A DNA stretch of 63,403 nucleotides, filler included, from Pirum gemmata (taxonomy: Eukaryota), in assembly GCA_002812295.1 (NCBI GenBank). It is 26 parts of 26 records of this genome, joined end to end, with 100 filler letters (N's around TTAATTAATTAA, not from the genome) between each part and the next. Parts side by side here need not be neighbours in the genome. Positions count along the whole stretch, not along the records: positions 34,423 to 36,653 come from PDIN01007341.1; positions 36,754 to 39,039 come from PDIN01007342.1; positions 39,140 to 41,365 come from PDIN01007343.1; positions 41,466 to 44,489 come from PDIN01007344.1; positions 44,590 to 46,848 come from PDIN01007345.1; positions 46,949 to 49,185 come from PDIN01007346.1; 20 more parts are not named here. One strand, written 5' to 3'. The position numbers and the translations under genes are program-made. Under the pieces are notes generated by a model. The model was not told the DNA's origin. It did not search any database and saw nothing but the letters and a program-made list of their open reading frames with translations. Of the stretch, positions 35,700-47,068 are shown piece after piece; position 1 is the stretch's first letter; every line of letters starts with the position of its first letter.

Positions 35700-35918
35700 G
35701 GGAGATGCGGGAAAATATAATCGAATCAAACAGCTCGATCCTAATTATTAAATAATGACAATTTTGAAATGATATTTTTTTTTTTTCGAGTTTCAAGTTT
35801 TTTCTAATGAAATTTCAAATTTCTAAACATTTCTAAAGTGAGTCGATACTTAAAATTAGATCGAAAGTTTCGAAAGTTTCGAACTAGACTCGATTCGATA
35901 ATTATTCCCTCATCTCCC
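35700..35918 (-). mobile_element. MITE family A copy
   Basis: GGGAGATGCGGGAAAA...TTCCCTCATCTCCC, collinear with 60210-60440 in reverse. Confidence 0.88.
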
Positions 35919-36798
35919 TTCAAGTTATCCACTTTAGGATATATTATATAGACCAATTGGAAACAGTTTATGATATTATCAATTTATCTCCCTTTTTCTT
36001 TTATGTTCGAAAATTACAAACCTATTTTTTTTTTTTTTAAAAAAGTTCGGTTCAAAATCAAACCTAAATAATTGGGAAATTCTTGAAAACCCGTTTCTGG
36101 TATGCTGAAAAATGAAAATTCTAATGAAACCCAAAAGTTGGAGTTATAAAGGAGCGCTCAAATAATACGTCACGTCAAGGGGCACGTAGGTAGGTGGTAT
36201 TTGACCGGAAATTAACGTCAAGGGGTAGGTAGGTAGGGGTATTTGAAGCTATACTTGACCGGAAATTGGCGTTACGTAGTATTCGAAAAGNNNNNNNNNN
36301 NNNNNNNNNNNNNNNNNNNNNNNNNTTTTTTTTTTTTTTATGTTAGTGGTGGCTGTGGTGGGCCACTGGTGGCACAGTTTAATAGTAACAGTTTTTTAAA
36401 AAAAAAATAACACAAGTTTTTGCTAATTTCCAAAAAAAAATCCAAAATTTTATTTTATTTGTGGATATTGGTGGCTAATTCCCTAAGAAAGTGAAGTCGG
36501 ATAATTTTACTTTTTAAGGAACTATAGTTTGCTTTATAAGGAAGAAAGTGAGTGACTTCTTATACATAATAGTATGTAATACTATATACTTATTTACCCT
36601 GAACTGGAAAAAGTGGTCTATCTACTACCACTAATAATAATAATAATAATAATNNNNNNNNNNNNNNNNNNNNNNNNNNNNNNNNNNNNNNNNNNNNTTA
36701 ATTAATTAANNNNNNNNNNNNNNNNNNNNNNNNNNNNNNNNNNNNNNNNNNNNTAATAATAATAATAATAATAATAATCATAATAATTGTACATTTAG

Positions 36799-37284
36799 TA
36801 GTGATAGTTGTGTCAATCAAGTGTTTGACCCCAAGACATCTATATCAAAGTATGGCAGTGAGCCGATTTTGTTTTTGAGGAAATTGCATAGTAAGCGCCC
36901 GTTTCCATTAATAAGCTATTCTGAAATCGACTTTATAGCCCACAATAACAGTAATAATATTAGTAGTGTTAGTTTAGTTTATAATCATAATACTTATCAT
37001 CATCATCATAATTATAATCATAATCATAATCATAATTATAACCATAACCATGGATATTTTAGTAACAATTATTCAACTAAATTTGAAGTAGTAAAGCGTT
37101 CGCTTCTTGGGAAAAAGAAACAAGAGTACGCCATGAAAATCGAATGCGAAAACCTTAAATTTATTCGTAAAAATAGTACAAGTGACCCAAAGCGAAAAAG
37201 TAAGATTTTACAAATACCTTACCAAAATTTACTAACAGTACAGCAAATTGATACCAAAGTCATAAAAATTTGTTATAATAGTAC

Positions 37285-37336
<52 letters not shown>

Positions 37337-37582
37337 CAAGAAAATAATTTAAACTCTGAAAATAATAGTACTAAGCACATAGGTAGATTGTATCGTAGTC
37401 ATAGTGGTATATTCAACCCCCAAAACAACTTTCGGACTGGTCGTCTAAGTACAATGCAAAATTATAGAAAATCCAGCTTTTTGAAGTTTGGTGATTCTCA
37501 AAAAGAATTTGTTTTTGAAGTTAAAGACTTTGACACAGCCACCAATATAGTAGATAATCTTAATAATAGAACGATAACTTAA
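36799..37582 (+). CDS. Terminal exon of a SIN1/Avo1 (TORC2 subunit)-like protein with a C-terminal PH domain
   Basis: AG acceptor at 36797-36798. FDPKTSISKYG..ILFL resembles the end of the SIN1 CRIM domain. KFEVVKRSLLGKKKQEYAMKIECENLKFI...KEFVFEVKDFDTATNIVDNLN resembles the SIN1-type PH domain, with a poly-N loop insertion. Confidence 0.55.
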
Positions 37583-37589
37583 ATAAAAT

Positions 37590-38800
37590 TTTATTATTAC
37601 TATTACTATTACTATAACTATTACTATATATATTACTATTACTATTACTATTACTATTACTATATTACTGTTACTATTACTATTTCTATTATTTATTAGT
37701 ATTACTATTACTATTACTATTGCTATTACTATTACGTATACTATTACGTATACTATTACGTATACTATTACGTATACTATTACTATTATTATTACTATAT
37801 ATTACTATTACTATTACTATTACTATTACTATTACTAGTACCATTACTAGAGTGTACTATTACTATTACTATTACTATTACTATTACTATTACTATTACT
37901 ATTACTATTACTATAGCTATTACTATTACTATTACAGAAATGCAGCTTTTTAAAGTTAGGTGATTCTCAAAAATAATTTGGTTTTGAAGTTGAAGACAGT
38001 CACCAATATTGTAGATAATCTTAATAACGATAACGTAAATAAAATTTTATTAAAACTTTAATTTTAACATAATTATTACTATTACTATTACTATTACTAT
38101 TACTATTCTTATTCATATTACTATTACTATTACCATTACTATTACTATTACTATTACTATTACTATCACTATTACTGTTACTATTATATAATTACTATTA
38201 CTTTTACTATTATTTACAATATAGCTATTACTATTACTATTACTATTACTATTACTATCACTATCACTATTACTATTACTAATATAATTACTATTACTAT
38301 CACTATCACTATCACTATCATTATTACTATTATTATTATTATTACTATTACTATTACTATTACTATTACTAATACTAATACTATTACTATTACTATTACT
38401 ATTACTATTACTATTACTATTACTATTACTATTACTATTAATTACTAAACCTATACTATTACTATTATAATTATTATATATTAATTACTATTACTATTAT
38501 TATTACTATTACTATTACTATTACTATTACTATTACTATTACTATTACTACTACTATTACTATTACTATTACTATTACTATTGCTGTTACTGNNNNNNNN
38601 NNNNNNNNNNNNNNNNNNNNNNNNNNNNNNNNNNNNNNNNNNNNNNNNNNNNNNNNNNTATTACTATTACTATTACTATTACTATTACTATTACTATTAC
38701 TATTACTATTACTATTACTATTACTATTACTATTACTATTACGTATACTATTACTATTACTATTAATATTACTATTAATTACTATTATAATTATTATTAC
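37590..38800. repeat. (TTACTA)n hexamer microsatellite, interrupted by a gene-end duplicate at 37931-38052
   Basis: Read directly. Confidence 0.92.
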
Positions 38801-39139
38801 TGTTTTTAAAATAATTATATAAGTATTTAATCAAAAAAGTTAGGGTTAGGGTTAGGGTTAGGGTTAGATATTTAATTAAAAAGGTTAGGGCTGGGTTGGA
38901 GTTAGGGTTAGAGTTAGGTAGGGTTAGGGTTAGGGTTAGGGTTAGAGTTATAATAACAATATATAACTTAATATCAATTTATTTTTTCGCCTTGTATGCA
39001 TAGTGATTTCTTTTTTTTTTTTTTTATTTTTTTTTTTTTNNNNNNNNNNNNNNNNNNNNNNNNNNNNNNNNNNNNNNNNNNNNTTAATTAATTAANNNNN
39101 NNNNNNNNNNNNNNNNNNNNNNNNNNNNNNNNNNNNNNN

Positions 39140-39171
<32 letters not shown>

Positions 39172-39409
39172 AAATGAATCATCATACGATACTCAATTCG
39201 ATTGTGTTGAATCTTGAATTATTTTTTTTATAATATAATTTGTCAATTTTATTATTATTATTTTTTTTGATTATTTTTTTGATTCGACTAGAAACTACAT
39301 AATTATATTATAGTCTAACTATAAAGAACACTAATGATAAAGAACATTGTTTGTTATGCGGACTTACAACCAACTATTTACAAACTTAACCCGAACATTA
39401 ATAATATTA

Positions 39410-39870
39410 CCCTAACCCTAACCCTAAATCCTAACCTAACCCTAATTATAACCCTAACCCTAACCCTAATTATAACCCTAACCCAAACCTTAACCCTAAC
39501 CCTAACACTAACACTAACACTAACCCTAACCCTAACCCTAACCCTAACCCTAAAACTAACCCTAACCCTTACCCTAACCCTCACCCTATAGCTAACCCTA
39601 ACCCTCCCTCCTAACGGTTATCCTAACCCTATCATTGGTTAAACTGTACCAACCCATTTTCAAGTCCAACCCAAGTTACCCAACCTTATTTAAAGTAGTA
39701 ATATAATATATATATATAAGTTTCTAATAAAATTTTGTTAGCGTATATGTAGGGTTATAATTAGGGTTAGGGTCAGAAGGTTAAAATTGGGATTAGGGTT
39801 AGGGTTGGCGTTAGGGTTAGGGCTAAGGTAAAGGTTAATAAGGTTAAAGTTATGGTTTAGGGCTAGGATT
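39410..39870. repeat. (CCCTAA)n tract (39410-39630) followed by a degenerate (TTAGGG)n tract (39750-39870)
   Basis: Read directly; opposite orientations around an AT-rich spacer. Confidence 0.88.
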
Positions 39871-41465
39871 GGGGGTGGTTGTTAAGTAAGCCAGCCGGCG
39901 CCTAATCGACACTAATGATTTTTTGAATCGACGATAATTATGAGAGAATCTGGCTTGTTTGTTATTATTATTATTATTTTACTTATTATTTATTATTTAT
40001 TTATTAAATTTTCTTATCAGTTCTTTACATGGCATTTGTGTTGTGTTGTTTGGTTTGACAGGTGAATCTCTGACATTCTTATCATCGTGGATAACCAAGG
40101 TAGATGGGTTTCTGGTGTTTTAATCCTTATTATTAATGTTACTGTTAACGTTATTGTTATTAAAATTGGTGTTAGTAAGTATACCAGTCTCGGTTTTGGT
40201 GTTTGTATTCGCATTTGTATCATCATATATATAATTAGAGTTAGCGTCAGTTTTAATTAAATACAGAATCTGAACAAAATTTTGAGTTCAAAATGTCGAG
40301 CTCAAAATATCAAGCTCAAAATTTCGAGGTTTGAAATTGGTTTTCTAACAAAATTTAATGTTTTGTTTGTATGTCATTGCATACGTGTACAGTTCGAGAT
40401 AGTTTCGTTGGTGAGAATCAAAGCGTGCACATATACAGTGATATATTATTTATTATTATTATGACGTATTATATTATGCATCATAATTAATGTTGTATAA
40501 TATAATATTCATATTAACGTCTATATATATATGCGAAAGGAATTTTAAGTCCAGACGATTTTGAATTACTGAAACTTGATATTAATACGAATTTGCGACT
40601 GGTTTTAAGGTTAGCTATATTATATAGGTTAGGGTTAGGGTTATATTAATTAGGGTTAGAAGTTAGGAGACTGGTTAAGGTTAGGGTTAGGGTTAGGGTA
40701 AGGGGTTAGGAGTTAGCTAAGGGTATACATGTGTAATGTATGCCTTACTTAAGTTTGGCATTAAAACATTATAATAACTAATATTTTAATATTATTAATT
40801 AATATATATATTTATGCTACCATCCCACACCGCGGCTAGCTGTCTCAAATCCCACAATATATACCATTGAACATTTCACAATATAAGAAAAACTAATTAT
40901 TTAATAAAAGTTAATAATATTAATATTAATATTTGTATTTGTATTCAATAGAATCATGATGAATCTCTCTGATCACTAGGGTAACAGAAAACTACGCTTA
41001 TAATCTCACTTCTGGATCCGATTATGTAAATTAATTAAGATGATAACGTTGGAAATTTAAAAAAATCGTTTATTTCTGTTAAAACATTACGGAAACTAAC
41101 ACAGAAATGAAACATCTCGACGATAAACATCCGGCCGCATTGGATCATTTACAATCGCCAGCTTATCTAAAATATCGGTACAAACAGGTTCAGTCACAAA
41201 CACACACATTTTTTAAAAGTACTCAATCAGGAATTTTTAAAGCAAATTTAATGGGAGAAGCAGAACGTCAAATTTTAAAACCACCTTTAGATTACCTAAT
41301 TAACTGTATTACTAAAGATATATAATAAGAATAAGAATAATAAGAATAAGAATAAGAATAAGAATNNNNNNNNNNNNNNNNNNNNNNNNNNNNNNNNNNN
41401 NNNNNNNNNTTAATTAATTAANNNNNNNNNNNNNNNNNNNNNNNNNNNNNNNNNNNNNNNNNNNN

Positions 41466-41508
<43 letters not shown>

Positions 41509-41561
41509 GGTTAGTAGTAGTATTTTTATTTTATTATAATTAATTTTTATTTTTTCATTAG

Positions 41562-43635
41562 TACTGCTGATACGGAGGACCAAATATTTGAACTTTTAAA
41601 ATCATCGTCATCTCCCTTATTTAAGGATGCTACTAATCAAGGTTTATTTCTATTTATAACTATCCTAATATGAATAATAATAATAATAGTAATGTAAATG
41701 CAAACAATAACAATAATATTAATGGTAGAAACATATACAATGTAAATACTAACTGTTATTATCCTTGTAATTAACATTTGCATTGTTTATTTTTCCTATC
41801 ATGATATGTAATATATTTCGGTTTTGTTATTGTTATGTTTTTGTATTTTTCTAAATTATGATTATGATTATGATTATGATTATGATTATGATAATGATTA
41901 TAATTATAATTATGATTATGATTATGATTATGATTATGATTATGATAATTATGATTGTGATTATGGTTATGATTATGATTATGATTATGAATATGATTGT
42001 GATTATGAAAAATTTGAATTTAATTATAGTTATTGTTATTTATGATTGTTATATGTTTATGATTATGTTTACGGTTATGATTGGTATTATGATGATGGTT
42101 ATGGTCGAACGTAATGGTTATAGTTGTAGTTATGGTTATGGTTATGATAATGATAATGATTATGATTATGATTATGATGATGCTTCTGACAACGTGAGTT
42201 CGATTATGATTACTACTACCTTTATGTTATTTATTTTAATGGTTGTATTTACCGTTATGCTTATGCTTATGCTTATGCTTATGATTATTATGAGTATGGT
42301 TAGGATTAGTGATAAGATGAAGATTATGATTAGGGTACGTTCACTTTTAGTTTTTCGTTATGGTTATGGCTATGGTTATGATTATGATAATGATTATAAT
42401 TAGGATTAGGATGATGCTTCTGACAATGTAAGTTCGATTATGATTACTATTACCTTTATTATATATTTTATAATTATAATTACGGTTATGCTTATGCTTA
42501 TGATTATGATTATGATTATGATTATGATTACGATGATGATGATGAGTAGGGATTATGATTATGATGCTTATGATTATGATTATGATTATTATTGGAAAAT
42601 GTCAGTTTGATTGTGATTGGGGTTACCTTCATTATTGTATATTTATAATTATAATTGTCATAAAGATTATGATTATGATCATGGTTATGGTAACGATTAT
42701 GATTATAATGTTGATTATGATGATTATAATCATGATTATGATTATTATTTTTGGAAAATGTCAGTTTGATTGTGACTGCGGTCACCTTTATTATTGTATA
42801 TTTATATTTATATTTATAATTTTCATTAGCATTATGATTATGATGATGGTTATGGTAACGATTATGATTATGGTATTGGTTATGATGATTATGATCAGAT
42901 TATGATTATTATTATTGGAAAATGTGAGTTTGATTGTGACTGCGGTCACCTTTATTATTATATATTTATATTTATAATTATAATTGTCATTAAGATGATG
43001 GTTATGGTAACGATTATGATTATGATGTTGGCTATGATGATTATGATCAGATTCTGATTATTATTATTGGAAAATGTGAGTTTGATTGTGACTGCGGTCA
43101 CCTTTGTTATTGTATATTTATATTTATAACTATAATTGTCTTTATAATTATGATTATGATGATGATTATGGTAACGATTATGATTATGATGTTGGTTATA
43201 ATGATTATGATCATGATCATGATTGTTATTATTGGAAAATGTGACTACGGTTACCTTTATTATTGTACATATATATTTATATTTATAATTGCCATTTTGA
43301 TTATGATTATGATGATGGTTATGGTAAAGATTATGATGATGGTCATGGTAAAGATTATGATTGTGATGTTGGTTATGATGATTATGATCATGATTATGAT
43401 TATTATTATTGGAAAATGTGAGTTTGATTGTGAATGCGGTTACCTTTATTATTGTATAATTATATTTATAATTGTAATTGTCATTATGATTATGATTATG
43501 GTTAGGCTTATGAACATGATGTTGATTATGATTGTTTTAAAAAAAGAATGATCATTTTATTTATTTATTTATTTATTTATTATTCAGAATTTCTTCGGGA
43601 GGCTGCGAAATATTTTAAACCAAAATACTTCAAAA
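41562..43635 (+). CDS. Start of a cyclic-nucleotide-binding (cNMP) domain; exons 41562-41641 and 43588-43635
   Basis: A phase-1 GT-AG join gives TADTEDQIFELLKSSSSPLFKDATNQEFLREAAKYFKPKYFK, matching the CNB pattern L...PLF......FL..L...L....F. Confidence 0.6.
41855..43530. repeat. Intronic (ATGATT)n array with a higher-order ~160-bp unit (6 copies)
   Basis: Anchor ATTGGAAAATGT(C/G)AGTTTGATTGTGACTGCGGTCACCTTTATT at approximately 42590, 42750, 42912, 43066, 43230 and 43408. Confidence 0.9.
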
Positions 43636-43662
43636 GTTAGTATATATTTTTGATTTTTCTGA

Positions 43663-43706
<44 letters not shown>

Positions 43707-43707
43707 N

Positions 43708-43750
<43 letters not shown>

Positions 43751-43878
43751 TATTATTATGATATTTTTCATTCATCATCATCATGCATCATCATCTTAAC
43801 CAACAACAACAACATAATAATGATGACTTTCCGCGTTAGTTAATCTAAAAGTCTTTTACCGTTTTTTACATTATGCAG

Positions 43879-44321
43879 CTCGACACAACTTATGCTGGGA
43901 CCAAAGAAAAATGGTTTAGATAGCCAAACTATGAAACGGTCAACGTAAGTGTAATTATAATTAATCGAATTCCCTGTAAAAAGAATGAACTTTTCCAAAT
44001 TTGTTTATTGTTTATTGTTTATTTGTTTAATACTTTGTGGTTTTTTGGGTTTTGGTTTTTGGTTTTGGTTTTTGTTTGTTGGTTATTAGTTAATGATTAG
44101 TAGTTTGATTACTATTACTATTACTATTACCATTACCATTACCATTAGTATTATTATTATTATTATTATTAATATTTTAATATTATTATTGTTTTGACTT
44201 TTTTCCTTGTCTTATAATACAATAAAAATATTGGGGTTAGTTCAATGTATACCGGATTTAATGATCTATCAAAAAGAGAACAGGATTCAAAACGAGGGCT
44301 CGGTGCTATTAATAGGCGCAG
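43879..44321 (+). CDS. Two small phase-2 exons (43879-43944, 44241-44321) of an unknown or linker region
   Basis: CAG/GTAAGT and TAG/GTAACT sites. Spliced reading: STQLMLGPKKNGLDSQTMKRSTSMYTGFNDLSKREQDSKRGLGAINRR. Confidence 0.5.
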
Positions 44322-44695
44322 GTAACTATCAATATTCTTATTGTATAGTAACCAGCACCAGCACCAGCACCGCCATCGCTACCACCATCCTCATCGCCAC
44401 CACCATCCTCATCGCCACCATCATCCTCACCACCACCATCATCCTCACCACCACCATCATCCTCACCACCACCATCATCCTCACCACCANNNNNNNNNNN
44501 NNNNNNNNNNNNNNNNNNNNNNNNNNNNNNNNNTTAATTAATTAANNNNNNNNNNNNNNNNNNNNNNNNNNNNNNNNNNNNNNNNNNNNCCACCACCACC
44601 ATCACCACCATCACCACCACCACCACCACCACCATCAACACCATCACCACCACCACCACCACCACCGCCAATATTAAAAAAAAAATGTGACAAAC

Positions 44696-46140
44696 CTCCA
44701 GTCATGTTTAGTGCTACACACTCGGCCAATAAATCAACGCATGCGTGGGTTGTAGAGTTGAACGACGAATATTTGAATTGCATCTGACAATAAGTATATA
44801 AATTATTACAATCCCCCGTAGGCTCAGAAAAGGAATGGTTTACAATCGAATTACAAAAGTCCGCTTCCGCGTGGCACTTATCGGTGAAATCATCGAGAAA
44901 GTTATAACTGTCACCGCTGTTATAAAGCGATTTGCTGCTACTACTTCCGTTTTTTACCTCGATGAAATAATTTTCAAGGTCTCCAGAACTCACTAGAAAT
45001 ATATAAAAGTTATTATTATATTATTTTATAATTGATTTTGTTCATTGTATGTGTAGTACATAAGTATGTATTATTATGTATTATTATATGTTATTATGTA
45101 CTATTATGTATTATTATGTATTATCATCTTATTATATATTATTATGTTTGTATGTACATATCAAGTATTACATAGTATTACTAAATTGTTACATAATGAA
45201 CATACAACCATCACTTATTTAATATAAATAACAAATTACTTATTATTACATCTTTTTAGCATTATTCATATTGTAATATTTACGATACATATTATTTCAG
45301 AATCACAATATACTTTAAGTACGTATTATATATTATTCTATTGTGGCATTACTATATCATTTATCAAATTAACATATAATCATAATTAGTAAAACCTAAA
45401 AACTATACATCACTGTTCACTTCCAGGAGGAAGCGGGAAAATTGTAAAGCATTAGTTTTTTTTTTTCGAATCGATCTCGAGTAGCTAGAAAAATCTAGAA
45501 ATTTAAATTATATTTTTTCATATTTTTTTCTAAATCTAGATCAAAATTTTCTACTTCTACTCTACGTAGATAGCCAGCTAGATAACTGCTTTTTATAACT
45601 GGGATAGCCTTTTTAAGCTTTTAGCTTTTTTCTAGCTAGTCTACTGTGACTAGATTGATTCGAAAAAAAAGTAGTTTTCATGTTTTTCCCTTATGAAGAT
45701 ACGAGAAAACATAATCGAATCAAACAGCTCGATCCTAATCATTAAATAGTGACAATTTTGAAATGTTTTTTTTTTTTTTTTTTTTTTTTTTTTGAGTTTT
45801 AAGTTTTTTTTAAGAATTTTTAAGATTTTTTTACTGAAATCAAAAGTGAGTCAATATTAAAAATTAGATCGAAAATTTTCGAAAATTTCGAACTAGTCTC
45901 GATTCGATGGTTTTCCCTGCATCTCCCACATCCCCCAGGCTATGCATGTATTATTCTGTTATATAGTGTTACTATATTGTTTATCAAATTAACATACAAT
46001 CATAATTAGTATAAGCTAAAAACTTTATATCACTGTTCACCGTGCATTCAAAGTTAATTCGATATAATTGATTGTTTGGTCCCATTAAAGCATTGATCGA
46101 GCTAGAGGCTTCATTGGTATTAGGCACTTTCCTTTTGAAT
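44696..46140 (-). CDS. Internal exons (~46140-45998 and 44992-44696) of a Cys-rich, probably extracellular protein
   Basis: GTATGT donor and CTAG acceptor join in phase 1: ...LAYTNYDLSSGDLENYFIEV...KCHAEADFCNS...DCNNLYTYCQ...ACVDLLAECVALNMTG. Several N-x-S/T sequons. Confidence 0.65.
45435..45690. mobile_element. Second MITE-like element sharing the GGGAAAA terminus with family A
   Basis: CGGGAAAA...TTTTTTTTCGAATC versus GATTCGAAAAAAAA...TTTTTCCC. Directly abuts a family A copy. Confidence 0.5.
45695..45927 (-). mobile_element. MITE family A copy (intronic)
   Basis: GAAGATACGAGAAAACATAATCGAATC...TTTTCCCTGCATCTCCC. Confidence 0.85.
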
Positions 46141-46243
46141 CTTTGCAATGATAATAATAAATAATAAATAATAACAAATAATAATAATAATAATAATAAA
46201 TAATAACAATACTTAATAATAATTATAATATTAATAATTATAC

Positions 46244-46274
<31 letters not shown>

Positions 46275-46700
46275 AATAGTAATAATCATCATAATAACCG
46301 TCATCATAATTACCATCATCATAATTACCATCATCATCATCATGATAATAATAAATAAACAAAAATAGTAATGAAAATAATAATAATCGTAAATCTAAAA
46401 TCTCAAACTGTAATGAATTATGAAATTGCATGTGCGATTGATAATGATAACGATAATGTAAGGATAATGATAAGGATAATGATAATAATAATGATAATGA
46501 TATTGATATTGATAATGATAATGATATGATATTAATAGAGAATTGATAATGATGATGAGCATGATCATCATGATAATGATAATGGTATTGATAATGGTAA
46601 TAGTAATGATACTAATATTAATAATGATATTAATAATGATAATGATAATGATGATAATGTTAATGTTAATTAATGTTATTATTATTATTATTATTATTAG

Positions 46701-46823
46701 GTTTTAGTGAACAAAACGAATATTTGTATAGAAAATATGACGATTTTTTTGATTTTCACTACTCTTTGATAAATCATTTTCCAGAAGAATCTGGACAAAA
46801 CGGTAAAACAAGGATATTGCCAG
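46701..46823 (+). CDS. PX (phox) domain exon, Bem1/Scd2/p47phox/Tks-like
   Basis: AG/GT-bounded 123-bp exon encoding YLYRKYDDFFDFHYSLINHFPEESGQNGKTRILP, i.e. the YR.Y.DF....L...FPEE.G....RILP motif. Confidence 0.8.
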
Positions 46824-47068
46824 GTTATTATTATATTATTATTATTATNNNNNNNNNNNNNNNNNNNNNNNNNNNNNNNNNNNNNNNNNNNNTTAATTAA
46901 TTAANNNNNNNNNNNNNNNNNNNNNNNNNNNNNNNNNNNNNNNNNNNNTAATAATAATAATAATATAATAACAATAAACCACAAAACTTAAGCAACCATT
47001 GATTAAGTTTATAATATAAAAATTACATATATAATATTACAAAAAATAAAAATACTAATTAATCAAAA

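Noticed and set aside
39990..40430. Coding-like minus-strand frames with in-frame TAA/TAG suggesting stop-codon reassignment
   Set aside because: Intact genes here end in TAA or TAG and long ORFs have no internal stops; a decayed fragment or chance is more likely.
41107..41325. 72-aa ORF as a gene
   Set aside because: Composition is coding-like, but upstream frames are broken and there is no recognisable motif.
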